The notes below the pieces were generated by a model that ran no database searches, was not told the origin of the DNA, and saw only the letters and a program-made list of their open reading frames with translations. Both the position numbers and the translations under genes were made by a program. DNA of 64,000 bases from Balanoglossus misakiensis (taxonomy: Eukaryota > Animalia > Hemichordata): positions 11,235,477 through 11,299,476 of the forward strand of contig CM082593.2 of assembly GCA_040954595.2 (NCBI GenBank), in the 5' to 3' direction. Below, in pieces: positions 23,256 to 34,400 of this stretch. Positions within the stretch are counted from its first letter, which is position 1, and the number at the start of each line of letters is the position of its first letter.

Positions 23256-24296
23256 GTTTTCTTTTCAACATCAGTTCTCTGAGTAAAAAGATGGCCATGT
23301 AAATTTTCTCTAAGTTTGTTAGAGAAATAAAGTACATGTACAACTTTAATGTTTCACTAATTGAGTTTCAGTGTTCTTGTATTGTCTCCTTTGCCCCATG
23401 TCAACCTCAAAGTAAATATCAAATTTGCCATTTTTGACTTATTTGTCCTTGTAGTGGGCCACATAGCATTTTAGTGCAACTTATGAAAATCTGAAGAACC
23501 AAATGCCTAATTTACCCACTCTGCACAGATTTATGTCAATGGTACTGACTTGATGATCGGTATAGCGCCCTCTGTGGTAGGGGGTGGGGGGTTAACCTAG
23601 CCTTTATATGTTTATCCCTGTCCGGTTCCATTCCAATTGTATCTATGGTAACCTTATTATCAGCAGTAAATGCCACAATTGTAAAACAGCAATAATTTTA
23701 GTATCAAGCACTCTGTGGAATTAAATATACCCTGTGTATTCTTTGTTTCCCATTAGTAATCATGCAACTTTGCCATTTTGGGCCTTCTGATTTGCTGTAT
23801 GTGCTCACTAGTCCTTCCCAACGTCTCTGAATTAGAAGGCCATTGTCATTTGTATAGTGTAGACACATTTCATTTTAGTACAACTGATGAAAGTCTCGTG
23901 AAAAACCAAATGCTTAATTTACCCACTGTGCAAAGATTATCTGAATGATATTGTGTTGATCGTCATATAGTATAGCGCCCTCTGCGATAGTATTTGGCTG
24001 ATTGTGCCAGGGAGAAGGGGGTACTGAGGGAGCAGATGCAGATGACAGCAAGGCATATCCACTGAACAATGAGACGGTACGTGTTGTCAGCATTCAGGGA
24101 GAGTAAAAAGGGGAGCGCAAGAGACCAGGATGAAGAGACGAGCAGTATTGCATCATCTGTGGAAATAAATGCCAAGAGAAGGTAAGTGTGGAAGACAAGC
24201 ACTTAGGGGTTATAAACAAATGTTTTTTTGTGGACAGTTTTAGTATCAAGCATTGTGGAATTAAATATACACAGTGTGTGTTGTGTGTTAGATAGG

Positions 24297-24568
24297 TACA
24301 TACATACATACATACATACATACATACATACATACATACATACATACATACATACATACATACATACATACATGCATGCATACATAGATACATAGATACA
24401 TAGATACATACATACATACATACATACATACATACATACATACATACATACATACATACATACATACATACATACATGCATACATGCATGCATGCATGCA
24501 TACATACATACATACATACATACATACATACATACATACATACATACATACATACATACATACATACA
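24297..24568. repeat. (TACA)n microsatellite
   Basis: Direct inspection; an inverted copy with the same flank lies at ~26436-26620. Confidence 0.98.
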
Positions 24569-24603
24569 TGGAAAACACACAGCAAATGGACTCCTTTTTT
24601 ATC

Positions 24604-24676
24604 ATCCTCACCAGGAATCGAACCAGGATCCCTTATCACAAAGTGACAAGTGCGTTAACCATTACACCATGAGGAT
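24604..24676 (-). ncRNA. tRNA-Gln(TTG)-like sequence or tRNA-derived SINE head
   Basis: ATCCTCA TG GTGT AATGGTTA ACGC A CTTGTCA CTTTG TGATAAG GGAT CCTGG TTCGATT CCTGG TGAGGAT: box A TGGTGTAATGG, box B GGTTCGATTCC, paired acceptor and D stems, non-canonical extended anticodon stem. Confidence 0.65.
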
Positions 24677-24888
24677 TGTTTTATCTCCACTAACTGCCAA
24701 CACACTGTCCAATTGCACATTCACTCACTGACATATTCAACACACCAGTTTTTTTATTTCAATAAAAATTCACAAATGCATGTGAGAAATAACAGAGAGT
24801 CAGAAATTGGCATCCACAGGAGTTACTGCATTGCTATATGGTATTATAGAGCAGCCAATGCAGTCTAACACTTTTATTAGCTTATTAA

Positions 24889-25193
24889 AGGCAGAAAGTC
24901 TCTTTGCTGCCCTTTTTTAATAATTATGTGTGATACAAGAGACTGTTAATGTGGATATATAGTGAATCAACGTTCGACCACACACAGCTTCCATCCCGTT
25001 TGTAGGATATGACAGTAAAAACTCGCCCAAAATGAATAAATGGTAAAGACCAATTATTCATTTTGGCAAGATTTTTCACTCTCTCGTGTCTACAAGCAGT
25101 GTGTGTTGTTGAATGTTGATTCACTATATATCCACATGTGCATTAACATAAATGGTGTCTTGCATCAAACATAATTAATGGAAAAGGGTCCCT
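24889..25193. mobile_element. Kolobok-type MITE
   Basis: TTAA|AGG...CCT|TTAA ends with long imperfect internal inverted repeats; a related left-end fragment (ttaaagggacagagtc...) sits at ~28713-28850. Confidence 0.6.
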
Positions 25194-26435
25194 TTAATTT
25201 ATATACTTATCAAATTGTAAGCTAACCAATATGGTTAGAAGTCCGATTTGCTTGGACGTGAACCAATATGATCTATCAAAATTTTCTGGTAAAAGTTTGA
25301 GTAACTATAACGTGTGCTTTCACCTTTTTTCATCATGTTGCTTGGGCCCTGATGCTTTATAGCTACTACAGGATTAGATTACTTCCATTTGGCAGTAGCA
25401 TATAAGTGTAATGGTGTAGAAAGTTTATCCTGTTTACTGAAAGAGGAATTGCAAGAGAAACCATGTGTTATAAAAAAAAACTAGAAGATATTAAATAGCC
25501 TTAGTAAACATTTCCCAGAAACATTTCAATGAACAGTTACCATAATGTACTTTACATTAGAGTCAGAGGTGACTAAAAGGCTAATATTGTCATTTGTGAA
25601 ATGTACACAATTGTATTTATATTGTCGGTGAACTGTTTAGCTGTGTTGTCAGTTATGTTGAGCTTATTAGATTGGGTGATTGTCTTATTGGGTGAGTGGT
25701 GTCACTGTCTGTCACTTTTCTTTACTGAAACCACGGGGCCAATTACTTTGAAATTTAGTATGCAGGTTCCTAGGGTGAAGTTGGTAGAGTTTATGTAAAT
25801 TGTGGTGAAATGTGTAATTTTTGATCAATTTTAGTTGTGTTTAGTTAAATTCTTTGTACAATTACTTTGAAATTTAGTGTGTAGGTCCTTGGGGTTGATT
25901 TTACTGGAATTTGCTCAATTTGTGACAGAATGTGGAATATGTTATTTCGGAAGCAATTGCTTGTTTGGTCTTTTTTATTTCATAAACCAGATACTGTGAT
26001 TGTTTTTCTGTTCTTTTTTGTATGTGTGTCTATTTTCACAATTGAAATAAATTAATATAAGGCTATATAAAATAAATTGGTGTTTTATGCTTTTTGTGTA
26101 AGTATGAATGTATGTATGTGTGTAAGAAGATTGATATTGTTTGTATGGTTGATATCAGATATCATATGTCTTATAGTGAGAAAGAAACCACTACACAATC
26201 CCTAGTAGTATTTGTGGTAATATATCTGTTTTGAGAATATAGCCCATTAGTATATTGTAGTCTTTGTACAACTTTTCTTCAAAATGTGTTATATGAACAA
26301 ATAAAATATGGCAAGAAGATGAATTGTTTCGAAGAATGAATCATAATAAACAGTAGAATTTGGTCAATTTTTGTTCAGGCATAATGAAATAGCTTGTACA
26401 TGAGCTTGCACGACGGTATTTGGTCAATACAGGGC

Positions 26436-26586
26436 GCATGCATGTATGTATGTATGTATGTATGTATGTATGTATGTATGTATGTATGTATGCATGCATG
26501 CATGCATGCATGTATGTATGTATGTATGTATGTATGTATGTATGTATGTATGTATGTATGTATGTATGTATGTATGTATGTATGTA
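26436..26586. repeat. (TATG)n microsatellite
   Basis: Direct inspection. Confidence 0.98.
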
Positions 26587-27189
26587 CCTATCTAACACAC
26601 AACACACACTGTGTATATTTGTTGGGCATTTTGGTTTTCTACCACATATCTCAGTAGTTTCCATGCCATAGTGACTCTTCAGTTTTACATAATGATATCC
26701 AATATAACCCAATCTACTATTAATGCGATTTTTTTTTTCATTTTGATTGTGGAAATGGTTAAAAATGAAAAACATCTGAATTTGTACTTTAATAAATATA
26801 AGCTATATAGTATTTTAAAATGGTCATAAATTTATGTTAACATGGCAAAACATGTTTTAGTGTTTATGTATACTTGTTTAATATAGAGAAATAATTGTAC
26901 AAATAAAATGACAACTTACTTTTGCTTTTAAAAATAATTAAAAATGGTAATGTTTCTTGAGATATACCAGGGTTTCTAGAATATAGAGGGCGCTGGCACG
27001 GGAACATTTGATGGTTGTCCCCAATACAACATTCTGGTATCATGTTTTATCATCTGTGGACATTTGGCAGCGATATCCAACAGGATGTGCATAAAATCCC
27101 GAGAAGGTCTTCTCGTTGTATTGCTTCTTGAGATATTGAAACTGTCTTGAATCCCAACGCGAATGTGATGGTGATGCGTATGTTGTTGC

Positions 27190-27514
27190 ACGTAGTCACA
27201 TCCGAAAACGAATCAAGTGCTCTTGTTGTTCAGCAGCTGAATATAGGTTAGTGGGATATGTGTATATTCTCGTGGTTATTTTTAATGAGTATAAATGACA
27301 GAATCGGTGGTTTGAACGTGTAAGAGTTGATGGTATTGGTTATGTAGTTGTGTTTTATCCAATGGTAGTGTGATTTTAATTGTGTATGAGGCGATGGCAG
27401 TTTTGTCAGGCTTTTTTTATTTTCGTGTCAAGCGACATCCAATATGGCGGTTGTCGTTATATACTGAAAGGGTTTCGTTTGTATGCATGTTTTGGCAAAT
27501 TGTATATATGTTAA
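27190..27514 (+). mobile_element. Diverged second copy of the Helentron 5' leader, left part (split by the CACTA)
   Basis: Homologous to ~3475-3815 (atccgaaaacgaatc, gaatcggtggtttgaacgt, ccaatatggcgg, gcatgttttggcaaat). Confidence 0.85.
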
Positions 27515-28350
27515 CACTGGGCAAAAAGGTTGATATACATTCAGTATTTTTACGTATATGGACACGTAGATCAGGAATATGCGCAAGTATACAATAGTCT
27601 GCACAGTTGTACATCTACAATCTGCACGACGTATATGTGACGTATATTCACGTATATGGAACATACCAATGTGTTAGTATACGTGCACGTATATCTATGA
27701 AGATCACGGGTGTGCACAACGCAGACTATTGCAGATTAAGTGCACACCATAAACATTCTAACGTATTTGTACATATTCTTAGTGCATATCTTCCTTGCTA
27801 TTTGCATATCTGTGTTATTAGCATACGTTACATCATCATCACAGACATTTACATAGTTGAGTTTACGTTTCTGGTATTTTTACGTATATTTAATGCAGAC
27901 CCTTCCGGAAATTACCATACATTATGTCATCATTGAGGCCAAATATTTGCATATATTAACTGGGGGGGGGGGGGTCATATGTAAATTATTCCCAAGGTCG
28001 CAATACAGGGGTCATCCTTTATGGTCAGGATTAGGCCTTGCCTTTTTTATTCACTGTTCCTTTGCAAATTTGATGCTATGTATCTGTTTTGAAAGGCTAC
28101 TGCATTTCAAGCAAATACATAGCAACAAATCAGTAAAGGCAGTGATAGATTGACAGAGAAAACAAAAACCAACACAGTTCAAGCCAACACACTTTCTCCA
28201 TCATGCATCAACACAAAACTGCCCACATATAACTCTGATTAATAACACCATAAATCAATGAACTTCACTTAAAGGTAATTTTAATGTAAAAACTGAAAAA
28301 AGGAAAATAATACAATGTATAAACACAAATAAATTCTTAGAAGATAAAAT

Positions 28351-31060
28351 TTAAACCCTCGACTCATTTAACAATTCTGAAAGGCAGTTTTTTGGTGGGT
28401 CCCTAAAACATGGGGGGCCACCAACTCTCTTCAACCGTAAGGTTGGTTGAACCTCAATCAATTTGTTATCTAATTTTACAATAAGGTCATTAAGGGCCTG
28501 CGATCTAAAGGCAGGCGATCTGATGATTAGTCCATCTTGACCATCTTCTTCATCTGACATCATCAGATCGCCTGCTTTGACTACTTTTTCCCACAATAAC
28601 TTGTCGCCTTCTTCCACCATTTTTCCACGACTCTGTAGAAGCTGTTAAAAGAACAAAAGAAAAGTATTTAGTTTGACGATCTTAAGGACTTATCTTTGAC
28701 TATGCTGCCTATTTAAAGGGACAGAGTCACTCTCGCTGCACTTTTTCCATTAATTATGTTTGATACAAGACACTGTTTATGTTATTCTACATGTGGACAT
28801 GTATTGAATGAGCATTCAACCACACACACCATCCATCATGCTTGTAGACAGGCTTGTAGGGCGAGTTTCAACTCTCCTATCCTACAAACAGAATAGAAGT
28901 TGTGTATGTCTAGTACTTCATCAGCAGCTGAAATGTTGTCAATGTATTTTACTGTTGTAGACAAAGATAGCATTCACCAATCAGCATCTAACTTACCCTT
29001 CTCCTCCTTGATCTCAGTTTATTCTTCATGGCAGTGTTTGCTTTTCTTTCCTGATTCTTTTCCATGTTGTCAACAAATTTCCGTCTCTCCGTTTGCCATT
29101 TTCTATAAACTGCAACTGAATCAAAAAAAGGATTTCATAGTAGTGTACAAGTGACTCACCATCATATAACAATATCAGAAAATTTAATAATTATGTACAA
29201 CTGGTCATTGGTGTGAGCATTTTGCCAATTCTTCAAAACTGGGTAGCCTTGAAGAAATTGTTTGAAATGCATAAGATGTTGATGGGCACACAAAACAGAT
29301 GTTTTCTTAAATTTCTCTGTAATTTACTATACAATGCTGACCTACAAAATGGGTAAGTCATCGGATAACTGTATGCACCGTACAAGTTCAGTAAAAAGCT
29401 GCCTATAGTACATATAAAGACACTGCTTAGTGCTAGAATGATTTAAAACTAATCATATCACAAATCATATTAGGTTGTAAAGTGTTCAAATAAATTTTAG
29501 ATTTCTTACATTCCATCTCTTCCTCCTTGTATTCATCAGCATATTTTGCTTTTAACTGGTCAACCAGTCCTTTGAAGACAGTCTGGTTATGGGCACTCCT
29601 TAGCCTGTATGAAGAGTAAATGAACACAAAAAAACATTTAATTAAGTTAAAACTGAAGTTTTTCTGTGGGGTTGAACTGAACATGCAAACCACACAAAAT
29701 ATGCCATTGACAAATGAAATATTTCACCTTGAAAGATTCAATACATGGTATGACAATGGTCAGAACTCAAATGCAAATAATGCTTGAATGTTACAATGAG
29801 CAAAAATGGTCAGGATCAACTTGGAAAATGAGATCATTGCCCACCTCTTGCTAGCAGTAGCATATTTGTCTGTTACGAAACTTACTGTTCCTACATGTAT
29901 GTGTGAGTTCTGGGCAAGGTCAATTATTTTTACTTGTGATTTTCTTTTGCATACATTATCACATGATAATCAACAATAATCCCTATTGTACACTGGGCAG
30001 GCTCCCCAATAAACTAACCCAAAGACTGGTGTGTTTACATTTTTTGTCCAAGTTAATTATCATGCAAAAATCATGGACGCATCAGAACACCCCGTAAAAG
30101 ACGAGAAAAAGGCGACATGGTCATGGTTATGCTATTTTACCAATCACAAACAACAGGCATTGCAACATCTCTTGTCTGACGGGGTATTTGACCACTTTAA
30201 CGCACAGAGACAGAGTGGTTGACTTCCTGTTGTCGTCAACCATACATTGTTTACACATTGTTCGTGATAATCCCTAATGCCTCTACGCCGAAGTTCCGCG
30301 TCCTTTCTCTCTGGGGGCTATAACTTATAAATCTTCACACACTACACCAAAAAGATTACAGTGAGAAAAAAAGAGATATACTTACTCATTGTCTACTTCA
30401 AAAGCATCTTCAAGGCCTGCATACAGCCGTTTTACCTGCCGCTGCAAGGTAAAACAATGGATATTTGGATTAACAACAAATATGTTTGGCGAGAAATATC
30501 ATTGTACCTAGCCCCTATGCACAAACGACTGAACAAAAAACACATTATCATAATATGGCAATCCAACCATTTCCAAATAGCTAAAATGCAATCGAGCAGA
30601 GTGTAAAACGAAACACATGAGGGGCGCGGATATAGACCAAGGCGCGTTTACATTGACTTACAAATATCATGGGATCCACCTTCTTTGTACTGCTGCCGCC
30701 GCCGCCGCCGTTCTGTTGTTTTTCTCTGAGGGCTTTGACCTCGGTCTCCAGACTGTCCAGTTTCTGTAACAGTTCCTCTCTCGTGTCGTCTGTTGTCGAC
30801 ACGAACTTGTCGTGTACCCGGTTGACGGCATTCAGTAGCATCCGCATGCTACTAGTATTCGGGTTCTCTGATGATGAGCTGCTACTGCCAGGGGTGCTTG
30901 ATGAGAGGCCTGCAGCTGATGAGGAGGTCGATCGTCTTTTCAAAAAAGGGGACGGGGACGGGGACGACGTCGACGGTGAGGCTCGCGAGGAACCGAACGA
31001 GTCATCACCCAGAACTTCGGCCAAAACTTCAGGTTCAGCTCGTCTGTAGAATCTTGACAT
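28351..31060 (-). CDS. Intact 5-exon gene, 319 aa, C14orf93/DUF4616-like (CACTA second ORF)
   Basis: Exons 31060-30662, 30441-30386, 29604-29510, 29115-28997, 28641-28351, all GT-AG with matching phases (960 nt). Motifs SAHNQTVFKGLVDQLK, KLRSRRRRLLQSR, LMMSDEED, RSPAFRSQALNDL, KRVGGPP match the C14orf93 C-terminus as I recall it. Confidence 0.82.
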
Positions 31061-31457
31061 CGCGAAAACGTTTGAGAAATCTTGGAGGTATATATTGAAA
31101 TGAACATGTACGCCGCATTCGAGAATGGGTATAAACTGAGTCCTGAAAACGTCCCCATTTTAAACTGCGCGCCCTGTTCACACTTCATGCACTTGTAAAA
31201 GTCAAAGGTGAATGTTTCATCCTTCAAAATGATTGGACACATTTAAAAGTCAAAGGTTACGTCGGAAGAGACCATTAATGAAGGGGTGGGTAAATATGGC
31301 TGGCACGTTGCCTTACGTACAAATAGCAATAAAATACGTAGCTAAAATACCCCTTCATATGTGTAAAGATCCTACGGCCCCCACAGTGCAGTCATTTACA
31401 CAATACGCGTCTGTATTTCCACTATATTCTTCTGTGGTTGTAGAAAACCGTAGTACA

Positions 31458-34400
31458 ATGCCTTTGAGAAAGTACGCGACGAAAATTTGCCCTTACTGTA
31501 AGGCAAGCCTTTCAAAGTCTGGCTACTATGAACACAAAAACCGAAAGGGTGCCTGCGTCAAGTCGGATGATTTGACAGTATCTGAAAGAACCTCCACAGT
31601 TCCAGAGTTTGTCGTCTCCGGTGACGATAATGCAGAGCTTCCGGGTAGTGGTATGGTCGGCTGTGAAGTCAATGACGATGATGTCAGTTTCACCTCTTCA
31701 ACGAGGGATCTCACGGAAAGTGACGCAGATTCAATTTCATCAAATGAACCGGAAAGTGAAGAATCTTCACAACGAGAGCAAATGGTAAGTTTACAGTGTG
31801 ACTGCAGTGTTTCACGCCCATCTCTCTGCTATTTGTCAATGAGTCATGTGTATGTGTACCGACCACTGTTTAACTATTATGCATTCAAGACCGGACTTTT
31901 TCTGATATTATTTGAAATCCAGAGCAAACCCTGTAAATGCCAAAGGTAAAGGTGAGGGAAATTTCAGAGGTGAATTGCGATCCTCTCAGCTGCCACAGCA
32001 AATGTCAAATTTATTTTTACATAAGTCATAACTCATTTACATTCCATGAACCATGAAGTTCTCTTGTTTGGTTTTATTTCCAGTACTGTATTTTTATTCT
32101 GTGTTACCCAGTGTTCTCATTGTCAACATAGCCTATATCTGTGTAACAACCATTGTTTTTTGTTGACAAATGGGAAATGAAATCTCGTCTGGACATGGAT
32201 TCAATTTTGCAAATAACAATGCTTTACCGTACACATACATGTATATGTATATGTCGAAGTTTGGTAGATAATTTTTTGAAATTGAACACGAAACTGTACT
32301 ATATATACACTTACAAAAATACTGAAACCATTATGTCTTGCAATATGATAAACTATTTACTTTATTCAAACTGTCTATTTAGACCATCAACGTGCAACTG
32401 ATGCATTGACATTTTAATTTAAGTCCTGCCTCTGTATCTCCAATTGCTTGCAATTCTAAGGTTTTTTTTTCACTTTTTTGTTGCAGACTAGTGAAATATG
32501 GAACGAGAATGAACTACGTGAAGCAGCAGACTTTGAAAGTTCAGCTGGTGCATCAGCTGAGCAATCACAATTTAAAGGGCAGCTAAAGGGGTTTTTCCTG
32601 CTTCTCCTGCACTGGCAGTATGTCAACTACGTTTCTGATAAAGCCATGGCTGTCTTGTTTAAGATTCTTTTCAAACTACTGCTGCTGCTTGGGATCATAT
32701 TGAAAAGTAAGAAATTAGAAGAATTTTCCAGCCAGTTTCCACATACTTTTCATGGCATCAGAACATTGTTGGGACTGGAAATAGATAACTTCAAGAAGTT
32801 TGTGATGTGCCCAAAATGTCATACCAGGTACGACTACAGTGAAGCATTTGAAGAGAATAGCAGAGGAAAGAAAAAGTCTAAGACCTGCACGCATGTTGAA
32901 TTTCCAAGTCATCCACACAGAAAACAGCGTAGACCATGTGGTGCATTCCTGATGAAGACTGTAAGGGGAAAGAACAGTGCTGAATATTTGTATCCAAAAC
33001 GACTGTACTGCTACAAAAGCATCAAAGCGTCACTTCAGGAACTTATCAAAAGGCCAGACTTTTTACAGAAATGCCAAGAATGGAAGCAAAGGGAAGTTCC
33101 TGATGGAATTTTATCCGATGTTTATGATGGGAGAGTGTGGAGAGAGTTCATGCTAAAAGACAGTAGTGATGAACATACTTTTGCAGCAATGTTGAATGTA
33201 GACTGGTTTCAGCCATACAAACATACAAATGACTCAGTGGGAGTCATATATCTGATTTTGCAGAATCTGCCACGTACTGAACGATTTAAACCTGAAAACA
33301 TTATATTGGTAGGAATCATACCTGGTCCTACAGAACCGAAACGGGACATAAATCCTTACTTGGATCCATTAGTGGATGAATTACTTGAGATGTGGAATGG
33401 TGTTGAACTAAAGGATTCTTCCTTCTGTGGATTTAATATCTATAGCATGATGCTCCTATGCCTGTCTTGTGACATACCAGCTTGTCGGAAATGTGGAGGT
33501 TTTTTGGGACATTCAGCTGAAAAAGGTAGGGTGTCAGTCCTTACATTTTATTAAAGCTTAATTAGTTATAAATTTGCCATTTTTTCTGTACTTTATTTTT
33601 TCCTGTGTTTCAATTGCAATTCTTTCTGTTTAACGCAAAATATGGCTTTTGAGTACATGTATATTGTAATGATCACACCCCTTCATTGGAAGTATTTGGG
33701 GATGAAAATAATGTTTTACCAAATCAAACTGGTGTAACAGTAGAGATACAAAATTGTTAATTGCATTTCTTGTCTTTAAAGTCGATTAGGTATAGGAACT
33801 TAGCTAAAATACCCCTTCATATGTGTAAAGATCCTACGGCCCCCACAGTGCAGTCATTTACACAATACGCGTCTGTATTTCCACTATATTCTTCTGTGGT
33901 TGTAGAAAACCGTAGTACAATGCCTTTGAGAAAGTACGCGACGAAAATTTGCCCTTACTGTAAGGCAAGCCTTTCAAAGTCTGGCTACTATGAACACAAA
34001 AACCGAAAGGGTGCCTGCGTCAAGTCGGATGAACACGAAACTGTACTATATATACACTTACAAAAATACTGAAACCATTATGTCTTGCAATATGATAAAC
34101 TATTTACTTTATTCAAACTGTCTATTTAGACCATCAACGTGCAACTGATGCATTGACATTTTAATTTAAGTCCTGCCTCTGTATCTCCAATTGCTTGCAA
34201 TTCTAAGGTTTTTTTTCACTTTTTTGTTGCAGACTAGTGAAATATGGAACGAGAATGAACTACATGAAGCAGCAGACTTTGAAAGTTCAGCTGGTGCATC
34301 AGCTGAGCAATCACAATTTAAAGGGCAGCTAAAGGGGTTTTTCCTGCTTCTCCTGCACTGGCAGTATGTCAACTACGTTTCTGATAAAGCCATGGCTGTC

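Noticed and set aside
24010-24181. Purine-rich exon-like segment ending aag|gtaagt
   Set aside because: No clear acceptor and stops in the candidate frames; cannot be assigned.
25690-25960. Fragment resembling another Helitron-type repeat family (also ~63260-64000)
   Set aside because: Too degenerate to define ends or classify.
15430-26775. ORFs with MYVC/HTYI repeats (15430, 24094-24731, 26341-26671)
   Set aside because: Translations of (TATG)n microsatellites.
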